Position numbers and translations under genes: made by a program. Positions 9,365-19,401 of a stretch of 64,000 nucleotides of DNA are shown in pieces. The first letter of the stretch is position 1, and the number at the start of each line of letters is the position of its first letter. The notes beneath the pieces are model-generated. The model did not search any database, had not been told where the DNA came from, and saw only the letters and a program-made list of their open reading frames with translations. Location: contig JBDGVT010000038.1 in NCBI GenBank assembly GCA_039585495.1, positions 1,774 to 65,773 on the forward strand. The letters run 5' to 3'. Source of the DNA: Gemmatimonadota bacterium. GTDB taxonomy: Bacteria > Gemmatimonadota > Gemmatimonadetes > Longimicrobiales > Gaopeijiaceae.

Positions 9365-10352
9365 CAGCAATCGGGGTCGGGGGCGTGGGATTCTCGCTCC
9401 GACCCTGATCGCAGCCGGCTGGCTCGCACTGAGTGCAGAGCCGGTCGCCGCGTGGGGCCCGGCCACACACGTCGCGCTCGGCGAAGCCCTTCTCGGGTCG
9501 CTCTATCTCCTGCCACCCGCCATTCAGGCACTACTCGAACGCTTTCCCCTGCACTTTCTCTACGGCTCCGTCGCGGCGGACATCTCGTTCGCCAAGAAAT
9601 ACGTGCCAGAGGGCAGGCACTGCCACAACTGGGATATCGGAGAGCAGATCCTGGAGTCTGCGGACTCCGAGCCCATGGCGGCGGTGGGGTATGGGTACCT
9701 GTCGCATCTGGCGGCAGACACTGTCGCCCACAACATCTTCGTTCCCCGCCAACTACTCCTGACCAGCACTACCCAGGCGCTCGGACACACGTACTGGGAG
9801 CACCGGATGGACATGCACGTAGGCGAAGAGTTCCTGTCTCTTGCCCGTCACATCGTCGTGGACCACGACCATTCGGAAGCCGACACACTCTTCGATGACG
9901 TTTTGAGCCGTACCCTGTTCAGCTTCCAGACGAATCGCCGGATCTTTCGAGGGATGATCCGATTCCAGGGCCAGGAGCGCTGGCAGAAGGTCTTCGGACA
10001 GGTCTTGGCCAACTCCCGATTCGACCTTCCGAATCCGCTCGTTGACCAATATTTCGAACTGGCCTTCGAGCAGATGGTCGGGTACCTGAGTTCCCGAGGA
10101 GACTCTCCGGCCGCCGAGATGGACCCGGTTGGAGACGTCAACCTCACGCTGGCCAAGAAGGTCCGGAGGCGGGCGATGTCGGACCACACCGCCGATCATC
10201 CGGAGGTCCTGCTCGAGATGGCGGATGCCTTCTTCCCCTTCCCGACGGCACCGCTGGTCTTCTGGCCCCAGCTACAGGATGCCGAGTTCGCATCGGGCAT
10301 CAGCTCGAAGGTCGCTGCTGGGAGAACCCTCCCGCGGCCGCCTACTGACTGA
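9315..10352 (+). CDS. zinc-dependent phospholipase C-like family protein (secreted)
   Basis: After a signal-like segment the mature N-terminus reads WGPATHVALGEA. Further His/Asp motifs (HFLYGSVAADISF, SHLAADTVAHN) are typical of the zinc PLC fold. The start is uncertain, as the ORF overlaps the previous gene by 50 nt. Confidence 0.65.
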   Translation: MTRHRRKTVRTTAAIADSNRGRGRGILAPTLIAAGWLALSAEPVAAWGPATHVALGEALLGSLYLLPPAIQALLERFPLHFLYGSVAADISFAKKYVPEGRHCHNWDIGEQILESADSEPMAAVGYGYLSHLAADTVAHNIFVPRQLLLTSTTQALGHTYWEHRMDMHVGEEFLSLARHIVVDHDHSEADTLFDDVLSRTLFSFQTNRRIFRGMIRFQGQERWQKVFGQVLANSRFDLPNPLVDQYFELAFEQMVGYLSSRGDSPAAEMDPVGDVNLTLAKKVRRRAMSDHTADHPEVLLEMADAFFPFPTAPLVFWPQLQDAEFASGISSKVAAGRTLPRPPTD

Positions 10353-11772
10353 GCCGCCTCCGCAGAGCCTCGTTGACGAGCCGAGGGTCTGCCTTGCCAT
10401 CGGAACGCCGCATCACCTGACCGACCAGGAAGCCCAGTAGTCGGACCTCCCCGGCGCGATAGCGTTCTACCTCGTCGGCGAAGTCGGCGATGACCGACTC
10501 CGTCCACGCGTGCAGCGCACCCGCATCACGCACCTGCTCCAGGCCATGCGAAGCCACGATGTCGCGGGCAGACCCCTCACCGTTGGCCATGCGCTCGAGC
10601 ACTCCCTTCCCCACGCCGTCCGAGATCGTGCCTTCCAGGACCAGGCCGATCAACTCCGCCAACGCCGCAGGGGTCACCGAGAAATCGGCCGGTGTTTCAC
10701 CCCGCGCCCTCATGAGTGCAAAGGTGGGCCCCATCACCCAGTTGGCTGAGACCTTGGCGTCCCCGGTCTCCTTTGCGGCAACCTCGAAGAAGCGCCCACC
10801 CGGCCTGCTCTGGCTGAGCACCTCCGCATCCTGCTCTGAGAGTCCGTAATCCGAGACGAATCGTGCCCGCATCGATCGAGGGAGCTCCGGCAGCGCCTCG
10901 CGGATCGCTTCTACCCGGTCGGCCGGCACTCGAAGCGGTGGCAGATCGGGATCGGGGAAGTACCGGTAATCGTGGCTTTCTTCCTTCGAGCGCATGGGTC
11001 GCAAGGTGCCCCGGTGGTCATCCCACAGGAGCGTGTCCTGCCGCACCACTCCGCCAGCGGAGAGGACCTCGATCTGCCTGTCGATCTCGAGCGTCAGCGC
11101 CTTCTCGATCCCGGAGAACGAGTTCACGTTCTTGATCTCAGTCTTGGTCCCCAGGGTCGAAACGCCGGCCGCCCGAATCGACACATTCGCATCGGCGCGG
11201 AGGCTCCCCTCTTCCATGTTGCAGTCGCTCACCTCGGCGAACTCGAGCGTTCGCTTCAGGGCTGTCAGGAAGGCACGAGCGTCCGCAGGGCTTCGGAGGT
11301 CGGGTTCAGTCACGATCTCCACCAACGGCGTCCCCGCTCGATTCAGATCGACCCCCGTCCCACCCGGAAGCCCATCGTGGACCGACTTGCCCGCGTCTTC
11401 CTCCATATGGACGCGCCGGATCCGAATCGTGGATTCACCCTCGATGCCGTCGAAGACTAACGTGCCGTCTGTCGCGAGGGGTCGCTCGAACTGGGTGACC
11501 TGATATCCCTTCGGCAGATCAGGATAGAAGTAGTGCTTCCTCGCCCAGATGCTTGTCTCGTGCACGGTGCAGTCGAGTGCGACGGCCGTGCGGACGGCGA
11601 GGGCGACGGCGTCGGGATCGAGCGTCGGCAGGGCGCCCGGTAGTCCGAGGCAAACCGGGCACACGTGGGTATTCGGTAGATCTCCGAACACAGCGCGGTC
11701 CGCGCAAAACAGCTTTCGTCCCGTGCGTAGCTGCGCGTGAACCTCGATCCCGACGACGGCTTCCCAATTCAT
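10342..11772 (-). CDS. gatB: Asp/Glu-tRNA(Asn/Gln) amidotransferase subunit B
   Basis: MNWEAVVGIEVHAQL N-terminus and YFPDPDLPPL motif. ATGA overlap with the gatA stop. The ORF extends to 11841 but ATG 11772 fits. Confidence 0.95.
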   Translation of the reverse strand: MNWEAVVGIEVHAQLRTGRKLFCADRAVFGDLPNTHVCPVCLGLPGALPTLDPDAVALAVRTAVALDCTVHETSIWARKHYFYPDLPKGYQVTQFERPLATDGTLVFDGIEGESTIRIRRVHMEEDAGKSVHDGLPGGTGVDLNRAGTPLVEIVTEPDLRSPADARAFLTALKRTLEFAEVSDCNMEEGSLRADANVSIRAAGVSTLGTKTEIKNVNSFSGIEKALTLEIDRQIEVLSAGGVVRQDTLLWDDHRGTLRPMRSKEESHDYRYFPDPDLPPLRVPADRVEAIREALPELPRSMRARFVSDYGLSEQDAEVLSQSRPGGRFFEVAAKETGDAKVSANWVMGPTFALMRARGETPADFSVTPAALAELIGLVLEGTISDGVGKGVLERMANGEGSARDIVASHGLEQVRDAGALHAWTESVIADFADEVERYRAGEVRLLGFLVGQVMRRSDGKADPRLVNEALRRRLSQ

Positions 11773-13121
11773 GAATCGGCGTCTCCGATCGCGTCTTCGA
11801 TCGCACCAGCAACCGCGAGCATGTCGGGCTCCGCCCACCACGGCGCCAGGACCTGGCCACCCACGGGCAGTCCCTCCACCGTACCGATCGGCACGGAGAC
11901 TCCAGGAAGGCCCGCCAGGTTGGCGGTCACGGTAAACACGTCGGAGAGGTACATCCGCATCGGATCCGCCGTACGCTCGCCGAGTGGGAACGCGGGACCC
12001 GTCGTCGTCGGGGTGAAGATCACGTCACACCCGCCCTCGAAGACGCGCCGGAAGTCGTATCTGATTCGTTCCCGAACGGCCTGCGCCGCCCCGTAGTAGG
12101 CGTCGTAGTAGCCGGACGACAGCGCGAACGTGCCGAGCATGATCCTGCGTTGGACCTCAGCCCCGAAGCCATCGGAGCGTGTTTTCTCGTACATCTCACG
12201 GACGTCCCCCGCCCTCCGGTGGAGGCCGAACCTCACTCCATCGAACCGCGCCAGATTGCTCGACGCTTCGGCGGGAGCCAGCACGTAGTAACAGGGGATC
12301 GCCAGACTCGTGGTTGGCAGCGATACGGGTCGTATCTCGGCGCCCCGCTCTCGTAGCCGCTCCAGCGTCGCGTCGCAGCATGCACGCATCTCCGCCGGCA
12401 GCGAATCCGGGAAGTACTCGTCCGGCACACCGATGACGAGCCCGTCCACCCCCCTCTCCACCGCCCCTACCATGTCCGGGACCTCCCGATCCGAAGACGT
12501 CGCGTCGCGCGCGTCATGCCCGGCGATCACCTGAAGGAGCCGGGCCGCGTCGAGAACCGAACGCCCGAACGTGCCTACCTGATCGAGTGAAGATGCGAAC
12601 GCGACCAACCCGTAACGGCTCACTCTTCCATACGTCGGCTTGATCCCGACGACCCCGCAGAGCGCAGCGGGCTGACGGACCGAGCCTCCCGTGTCGGATC
12701 CCAGGGCCATCGGCACGTAGCCTGCGGCAACCGAGGCAGCAGAACCACCGGAGCTGCCTCCGGGTACCCGACCTCGATCATGAGGATTGAGCGTCGGCCC
12801 CCACGCGGAGTTCTCGGTGGACGACCCCATGGCGAACTCATCGAGATTCGTTTTGCCTACGATCTCCGCCCCGGCACTCCGGAGCTTTCGCACCGCGGTC
12901 GCCTCAAAGGGTGAGCGATACCCTTCGAGCATTCTCGACCCACACGTCGTCGGCATATCAAGCGTCGCGAGATTGTCCTTCACCGCGACCGGCACACCCT
13001 TCAACTGCCCCTCGGTGAGGCCTGCTTCCTCTTCGGAGAAACACAGGAAGGCGTTGAGCCCGTTCGGGCCGGCCTCAGCTTCGCGAATTCGCTCCACGGC
13101 GCGGATCGGAGGCGAGGGCAT
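11769..13121 (-). CDS. gatA: Asp/Glu-tRNA(Asn/Gln) amidotransferase subunit A
   Basis: 450-aa ORF with the amidase signature GGSSGGSAASVAAG. Confidence 0.95.
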   Translation of the reverse strand: MPSPPIRAVERIREAEAGPNGLNAFLCFSEEEAGLTEGQLKGVPVAVKDNLATLDMPTTCGSRMLEGYRSPFEATAVRKLRSAGAEIVGKTNLDEFAMGSSTENSAWGPTLNPHDRGRVPGGSSGGSAASVAAGYVPMALGSDTGGSVRQPAALCGVVGIKPTYGRVSRYGLVAFASSLDQVGTFGRSVLDAARLLQVIAGHDARDATSSDREVPDMVGAVERGVDGLVIGVPDEYFPDSLPAEMRACCDATLERLRERGAEIRPVSLPTTSLAIPCYYVLAPAEASSNLARFDGVRFGLHRRAGDVREMYEKTRSDGFGAEVQRRIMLGTFALSSGYYDAYYGAAQAVRERIRYDFRRVFEGGCDVIFTPTTTGPAFPLGERTADPMRMYLSDVFTVTANLAGLPGVSVPIGTVEGLPVGGQVLAPWWAEPDMLAVAGAIEDAIGDADS

Positions 13122-13516
13122 CAGACTTCCCTCGCACCAGGATCGAGTGACTCGTCAGCCCCCTCCGGCCCGGGCCCCTGAGAGACCCCGGGCGGGGGCG
13201 GCACCACGAAGAAGCCCTCCGCGTAGCGGGGAGCGACGCTCTCCAGCGGTGCCCGGAGCGGATCGGGCGCCATGGACTCATCCGCTCTGGCACCCGACAG
13301 GCCTCCGCCATCAGCGTAGCCAGCCACGCCGGCCTCCGTCGACGGATCCGACTGCCGCGGCTGGACGCCGTGGTCGCCGGAGCCTTCATCCCGCAGGAGC
13401 GAGGCATGGTCCAGGATCCGATTCATCTCGTCGGTGAGTCGATCTGCCTGGTCGTCTTCGAAACGGAGATGAGCGAGCCGAGCGATACGTTCGACCTCGG
13501 ACCGATCGACAGTCAC
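13121..13516 (-). CDS. gatC: Asp/Glu-tRNA(Asn/Gln) amidotransferase subunit C (extended C-terminus)
   Basis: N-terminus VERIARLAHLRFEDDQADRLTDEMNRILDHASLL is typical of GatC. Lies immediately upstream of gatA. At 131 aa it is longer than the usual ~95 aa. Confidence 0.88.
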   Translation of the reverse strand: MTVDRSEVERIARLAHLRFEDDQADRLTDEMNRILDHASLLRDEGSGDHGVQPRQSDPSTEAGVAGYADGGGLSGARADESMAPDPLRAPLESVAPRYAEGFFVVPPPPGVSQGPGPEGADESLDPGAREV

Positions 13517-15789
13517 GGCCAGTCCTTCTCCAACGCGGCGTAGCGGAGCAGGAGCTTCTTTCGACCGACCTCATCGAAGTCGACGGTCACCTTGAGATCA
13601 CGACCGAAACCCGAGATCTCGACGACCGAGCCGGATCCGAACGTCTCGTGCACGACCCGCTCCCCTTTCACGAAGCGGGGCGTATCCTGATTCATCCCGA
13701 GATCCTGATCAGGCTCGGAGTCGAAATCATTCCCGACCGATTCGTACGAACGTCGGCGACTACCGTGGTGGTGCGGAGTCGACTGGCTCACCAGCGTCAG
13801 GCGCTTCGTTCGACGCTGCTCGATGAGCTCCTCGGGAATGGCCTCGACGAAGGAGGACAGGGAGTTGTATGTGAAATCCCCGGCCCGTCTTCTCTGGCGC
13901 GCCCAGGAGATCGACAACTTGTCTTCGGCTCGCGTGATGCCCACGTAGAAGAGACGCCGCTCCTCTTCGAGCGAGTCCGGATCGTCGTAGGCTCGGCCGA
14001 GCGGGAACAGCCCTTCTTCCATCCCGGCGATGAACACGATCGGGAACTCCAGACCCTTCGCGTTGTGAAGCGTCATCAGCGTTGCCGTATCGGCATTCGG
14101 GTCGAGGCGGTCTACATCGGCCACGAGCGCGACTTGCTGCAGGAAGAGGTCCAGCTCCGTGAAGCCGTCGACGTCCTCCTGGTCCACCCCCTGCACCAGG
14201 GTCGAGTCGAAGTCGACAGCACCCGCGATCAACTCCGACACATTGCGCGCCCGGTCCTCACCTTCCGGCCCTTCTTCGTATAGATGGCGCACCAGGTCCA
14301 GATCCTCGATGAGCTCCTCGAGAAGTTCCCCGACACCCGCCTGCGTCGCACGCACGCTGAACCGTTGAATCAAATCGGCGAAGCGCCCGAGTCCCTTGGC
14401 AGCAGCGGCACGCACGTTCGGAATCTCGTCCGCACGCTGCGCCGCCTCCAGGAACGACATCCCCTGCTCTCTGGCCCATCGGACGAGATGCTCCTGAGTC
14501 GTGAGCCCGACTCCGCGGCGCGGGTAGTTCACGACCCTGCCGAACGCGACCTCGTCGCGTGGATTCGAGATGAGTCTCAGATACGCGAGAACGTCCTGGA
14601 TCTCGCGCCGCTCGTAGAAGCGTACGCTGCCCACTACCTGATAAGGCACCCCTGCCCTGCGGAATGCGTCTTCGAGTGCCCTGGCCTGAGCGTTCGTACG
14701 ATAGAGCACAGCCACCGACGAGTACGAAAGGAGGGGCATGTCGCGCACCCGCGTCTCGATCTCCTCCACGATCCATCGTCCCTCGTCGTTCTCATCGAAC
14801 GATTCGACGATCGTGATCGGCTCTCCTCCGACGCGCTCGGTGCGCAGCGTCTTTCCCTTCCGGTTGACGTTCTCAGCGATCACGTGGTTCGCCGCCTCGA
14901 GTATCCGTTCCGTCGAGCGGTAGTTTCGCTCCAGGCGGACCGTGCTCGCGGTCGGAAACGACTCCTCGAAGTCGAGGATGTTGCGGATGTCCGCCCCCCT
15001 CCAGCCGTAGATCGACTGATCGTCGTCGCCCACGACCATCAGGTTGTGATGACCCCCTGCGAGCAGCTCGACGAATCTGAACTGAGCTCGATTCGTGTCC
15101 TGATATTCGTCGACGAGCACGAACGCGAAGCGCTCACGGTAGCGCTCGAGGAGTTCCGGATACTGCTCCAGAAGGGCCACCGGTTTGACCAACAGATCGT
15201 CGAAGTCGAAGGCGTTCTGGTGTGCGAGCGCCTTCTGATACTCTGGGAATACGCGCGCCACGTTTCGAACGAAAAGGTCGAACGAACCGTCGTTCTCCGC
15301 GGCGAACTGCTCGGCGTCGATCAACTGGTTTTTGGCGTTGCTGATCTCACCCCGGATGGCCTTCGGGCTCCACTTCTTCGGGTCCAGACCGACCGAGTCC
15401 TGTACACTCTTCACCAGCCGCAGCGACTGATCGGCATCGAAGATGCTGAAGGTCCTGTCCCAGCCGAGCCGGTCCGCGTGCCTGCGAAGAAGGCGTGCGC
15501 CGACCGAATGGAACGTGCCCACCCACATCCCCGATGGCGCGGCTCCGAGTGACCGCGAAATGCGATCCCGCATCTCCCCGGCTGCCTTGTTGGTAAAGGT
15601 CACCGCCAGAATGCGATCGGCGCCGATGCCGTGCTGATCAATGAGATTGCAGACGCGGGCGGTCAGGACCCTCGTCTTACCGGAGCCCGCACCGGCCAGG
15701 ACCAGAATCGGGCCCTCGAAGTGCGCCGCGGCCACAGACTGTTCAGGATTCAGGTCGCGCAAATGAACCGACGTATCGACCTCAGGCAT
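13513..15789 (-). CDS. UvrD/PcrA/Rep-family ATP-dependent DNA helicase
   Basis: Walker A AGAGSGKT, motif II VLVDEYQDTN, and C-terminal helicase motifs (TLHNAKGLEF, YVGITRA). The ORF extends to 16041, but ATG 15789 directly follows the upstream kinase stop. Confidence 0.92.
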   Translation of the reverse strand: MPEVDTSVHLRDLNPEQSVAAAHFEGPILVLAGAGSGKTRVLTARVCNLIDQHGIGADRILAVTFTNKAAGEMRDRISRSLGAAPSGMWVGTFHSVGARLLRRHADRLGWDRTFSIFDADQSLRLVKSVQDSVGLDPKKWSPKAIRGEISNAKNQLIDAEQFAAENDGSFDLFVRNVARVFPEYQKALAHQNAFDFDDLLVKPVALLEQYPELLERYRERFAFVLVDEYQDTNRAQFRFVELLAGGHHNLMVVGDDDQSIYGWRGADIRNILDFEESFPTASTVRLERNYRSTERILEAANHVIAENVNRKGKTLRTERVGGEPITIVESFDENDEGRWIVEEIETRVRDMPLLSYSSVAVLYRTNAQARALEDAFRRAGVPYQVVGSVRFYERREIQDVLAYLRLISNPRDEVAFGRVVNYPRRGVGLTTQEHLVRWAREQGMSFLEAAQRADEIPNVRAAAAKGLGRFADLIQRFSVRATQAGVGELLEELIEDLDLVRHLYEEGPEGEDRARNVSELIAGAVDFDSTLVQGVDQEDVDGFTELDLFLQQVALVADVDRLDPNADTATLMTLHNAKGLEFPIVFIAGMEEGLFPLGRAYDDPDSLEEERRLFYVGITRAEDKLSISWARQRRRAGDFTYNSLSSFVEAIPEELIEQRRTKRLTLVSQSTPHHHGSRRRSYESVGNDFDSEPDQDLGMNQDTPRFVKGERVVHETFGSGSVVEISGFGRDLKVTVDFDEVGRKKLLLRYAALEKDWP

Positions 15790-16924
15790 CGGCAGCCGGT
15801 AGGCGGACCTGGAAGGTCGTGCCGTCGACAGTCTCGAGAAGCTCGATCTTGCCTTTGTGGACCCCTTCCACGATGCGGCGGGACAGGGCCAGCCCGACAC
15901 CCCAGCCGCCGGACTTCGATGAGACCCCCGGTTCGAAGATCTTGTCGCGGATATCCGGGTCGACGCCCGGTCCGGTATCGCGGATCCGCAGGCTGACCCA
16001 GTCCCCGCCGATCTCTCGTGCATAGATGGTGATCTTGCCACCCCTTCCCGCGAGCGCGTCGAGCGCGTTCTTCACCACGTTCTCGAGGGCCCAGATGAGC
16101 AGAACCTCGTTGGCCTTCACACGCGGGAGTCCGTGCGGAATGTCGACAAGCAGCTCCACGCCCTTCTTCGCGAGTCGTGGAATGCGTGCGGCGAGATAGT
16201 CCTCGAGGTCTCGCACGACCTGACGTACGGAGAGACTCTCGAGCTCAGGCTCCGTACCAATGAGCTCGAACCTGTGACTGATACGCTCCAGCCGTTCCAG
16301 ATCCTCGCCGATGGAGCTCGCGATCTCCTGATCGTGGAGGTTCCCCGGTCGGTCTCGATGCGGAAGGCGAAGCACTTCCAACCAGCCCGCAAGTGATGAC
16401 AGCGGCGTCCCCAGCTGATGCGCGAGCTCACGTGCCATGGACGTCCACGCCTTTTCCCCCTCCGCCCGCCGCTGGAACCGGATGACAAGGAACCCGATGA
16501 AGACGGTCAGCAGCAGCCCGGAGGCTTGCAGGAACGGGATGAAGCGCAGGGTTCGAACTTCGGACGAGTCCCCGTAGTGAATGTGCTGTGCCCCCGTCGG
16601 ATCTCCCACCGGCGGATTCTGCTCGTCGAGTCTCCGCACGTAGGCGCGGACCCGTTCCTGACCTTCAACCGTCTGGACATCGACCTCGAACGGGAGGTTT
16701 ACATGAGTCAGAACCGTATCGCCTGGGCCCATGAGTACGAGTGGAACGCCCGCCTCCGAGACGATCCTCTGGAGCTCGAGCAGCGCCTGGGTTTCACTCG
16801 TCGGGTCCTGAGACGAAATCCCTTCCTGGACGACCGTGTAGATCTGGGAGAGGATCTCGGAATTGGCCTGTACGCGCTCAATGACCTGCTGGGTGTACAG
16901 CAGATACCAACCAAGCAACAGCAC
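15782..16924 (-). CDS. membrane sensor histidine kinase
   Basis: H-box ARELAHQLGTPLSSL and ATPase boxes (VVKNALDA, DTGPGV, GGWGVGL), with a periplasmic segment between two TM regions. The annotated GTG start truncates the first TM helix (see findings). Confidence 0.88.
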   Translation of the reverse strand: MLLLGWYLLYTQQVIERVQANSEILSQIYTVVQEGISSQDPTSETQALLELQRIVSEAGVPLVLMGPGDTVLTHVNLPFEVDVQTVEGQERVRAYVRRLDEQNPPVGDPTGAQHIHYGDSSEVRTLRFIPFLQASGLLLTVFIGFLVIRFQRRAEGEKAWTSMARELAHQLGTPLSSLAGWLEVLRLPHRDRPGNLHDQEIASSIGEDLERLERISHRFELIGTEPELESLSVRQVVRDLEDYLAARIPRLAKKGVELLVDIPHGLPRVKANEVLLIWALENVVKNALDALAGRGGKITIYAREIGGDWVSLRIRDTGPGVDPDIRDKIFEPGVSSKSGGWGVGLALSRRIVEGVHKGKIELLETVDGTTFQVRLPAADA

Positions 16925-16994
16925 GAACAGTGTCGCGAGAGCGACAGGCCACTTGATCCGTAAGAGGGAACGCGGAGGTCGAATGGTCGGCCCC

Positions 16995-18229
16995 CTAGAT
17001 GGTCCCGGTGAGCCGCTCGCTCCCCACGTAGGCGTGAAGAACCTCCGGTAGAGTGACGCTGCCGTCCTCTTCCTGATGGGTCTCGAGGAGTGCGGCTACG
17101 ACCCGCGGAAGCGCGAGAGCAGACCCGTTGAGGGTATGCACGAACTCCGGCTTCTCCGCCTGAGTACGGCGAAAGCGGAGGTTGCCTCGGCGAGCCTGGT
17201 AATCCGTGAACGTCGTGCAGCTCGAAACCTCGAGCCACGCACCGACCCCCGGCGCCCAAACTTCGAGGTCGTACGTCATCGCCCCGCTCTGCCCCAGATC
17301 GCCGGTGGCGAGGAGGACGCGACGGTAGTGCAGACCCAGCCGCTCGAGGAGAACCTCGGCGTGGCGGGTCAGCTCCTCCAACGCCTCGAGACTCCGCTCC
17401 GGGGTCTCGTACCGCACGAGCTCCACCTTGTCGAACTGATGGACCCTCAGGAGTCCGCGCGTATCCTTCCCGGCTGCCCCTGCTTCTCGTCGGAAGCAGG
17501 GCGAATAGGCGGTATAGCGAACGGGCATATCGTCCGCGGAGAGCACCTCGTCGCGATGCAGATTCGTGACCGGCACTTCGGCCGTCGGTACCAGCCACAG
17601 GTCGTCGCGTTCGGATTGGTACGACTCGTCCGCAAACTTCGGGAGCTGTCCCGTCGCGGTCATCGACTCGGGCGTCACCAGGTAGGGAACGCGTACTTCC
17701 GTGTACCCGTGCTCGCTCGTATGCACGTCGAGGAAGAAGTTGATCAGCCCACGCTGCAACCGGGCCCCCGCACCTCGCAGCACCGGGAATCCCGAACCAC
17801 TGATCTTCGAGCCACGAGGAAGGTCCAGAAGTCCGAGGGCCTCACCGAGGTCCCAATGCGGCAAGGGCTCGAAGGCGAACGCTCTGGGTTCACCCCACGT
17901 CGCGAGCACCTCGTTGTCCTCCTCCCCTCCCACAGGAACGCGGTCCAGCGGACCCGCACGACCTCATCGAGTTCCGAGATCCTCGTTCCCAATTCGCGCG
18001 TCATCGCGATCAGCTCGTCCGCGTCCTCACCGGCACGCTTTCGTTCCCCTACGGTCTTCGACGCCTGGTTTCGCTGTGCCTTGAAGTCGTTGACGGTTCC
18101 AAGAGCATCTCGTCTGGCCGCGTCTCGCTCGAGAACCCGATCGACGAGATCCTCGAGAGACGGATCTCTCTTTGCGAGAGCCTCACGTACCGCATCGGGT
18201 TCGGCGCGCAGCCGGCGAATGTCGAGCAT
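16995..18229 (-). pseudogene. serS: seryl-tRNA synthetase, reading frame interrupted
   Basis: The N-terminal arm (MLDIRRLRAEPDAV...ISELDEVVR, frame of 18229) and the catalytic core (VPVGGEEDNEVLATWGEP... to 16995) are in different frames. An in-frame TGA at 17964-17966 blocks the core frame. Confidence 0.85.
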
Positions 18230-18810
18230 CAGTCGGGCGGGACGAGATCCTGACTGTTACAGATCGGATTCGTCACGTATCGAAAAAGGAGGGTTCCTTC
18301 CACTACGTCGATCGCGACCGCTTCGGCCTTGGCGTAGTAGACACAACTCGACCCGAAAGAGCCGGGAGAACGGTTGGTCTTTACGACGTAGACCGTACCG
18401 GTCCGGACCGGTACCGGATCACTCGCCGTATAGACGAGCGTGTCCGAGGGCGCCTCGGTCACGTCCTCGAAGCGGATCCCCTCCAGCTGCGCGATCCGGG
18501 CAGTCGTCGAGACGCCGTACGAGCCCGGCAACACGAAGACGATTGCTCCACTCCGAGTGTCGATGGCCACGTCCCACTCGCCGGTGGCGTTCGGGTCCTC
18601 AACGCTCAAACCGATCTTCTTGAAGAAGTTGAAGCCGGAAATGAGGTTCAACTCCGGCCGCTGGAGCGAGTACAGCAGTACCGTGTCCGGAGTCGGGTCC
18701 CACTGGAACGCGAACGGGTCGTCCTCGCACCCCACGATGGCCATCGGGAGGGCCGCACCAAGGGCGACGACCAGAGGCCATCGGGAACGGCTACGCACTG
18801 CGTTGTTCAT
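18229..18810 (-). CDS. lipoprotein of unknown function
   Basis: MNNAVRSRSRWPLVVALGAALPMAIVGC signal peptide with a lipobox. The stop overlaps the serS start (TGATG). The ORF extends to 18897. Confidence 0.7.
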   Translation of the reverse strand: MNNAVRSRSRWPLVVALGAALPMAIVGCEDDPFAFQWDPTPDTVLLYSLQRPELNLISGFNFFKKIGLSVEDPNATGEWDVAIDTRSGAIVFVLPGSYGVSTTARIAQLEGIRFEDVTEAPSDTLVYTASDPVPVRTGTVYVVKTNRSPGSFGSSCVYYAKAEAVAIDVVEGTLLFRYVTNPICNSQDLVPPD

Positions 18811-19005
18811 CAAAGTGGTCAGACCTCGAACAGGAACCGAAAACAGCATGGAAAGTTGCCCACGGCCCGAAGACCGGTCAACCCCGAAAAGGCGCATGAT
18901 TGCTTGACTTTACCCCACATCGCGGGTAGGTTCCCCCCGAATACATTCCAGGTTTCGGGCGCCGCCTGACCTGTCGCCGAAGGCCCTTCCCTGAGAGGTG
19001 ACGCG

Positions 19006-19401
19006 GTGGCCGACGTGCAACCCGCTTCAGCGGGCAGCCGCATTCTCGTCGTCGATGACGAGCCCCACATTCGGCGGGTCCTGAGCGCGATTCTCGGAAG
19101 TCACGGATTCGACGTGATGATGGCCTCCGACGGATCACAGGGCCTCGATGAGTTGGGTACCGAGGAAGTGGACCTCGTGATCCTCGATCTGATGATGCCC
19201 GGCGCGAACGGTTTGGAAATCCTGTCGAAGATCCGTAGCGATCCTCAGCGCGCCGACACACCGGTCATCATTCTGACCGCGAAGGGGCAGGACACCGACC
19301 GTGAAGCGGCTCTCGCCGGGGGCGCGAACGACTTCCTGACCAAACCCTTCAGTCCGAAGAAGCTCATTGCCCGAATCCAAGAGATCCTCGGCGAAGACTG
19401 A
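19006..19401 (+). CDS. single-domain response regulator (CheY-like receiver)
   Basis: 131-aa ORF with VVDDE, phospho-acceptor context LVILDLMMPG, ILTAKG and TKPF motifs. No output domain. Confidence 0.9.
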   Translation: MADVQPASAGSRILVVDDEPHIRRVLSAILGSHGFDVMMASDGSQGLDELGTEEVDLVILDLMMPGANGLEILSKIRSDPQRADTPVIILTAKGQDTDREAALAGGANDFLTKPFSPKKLIARIQEILGED

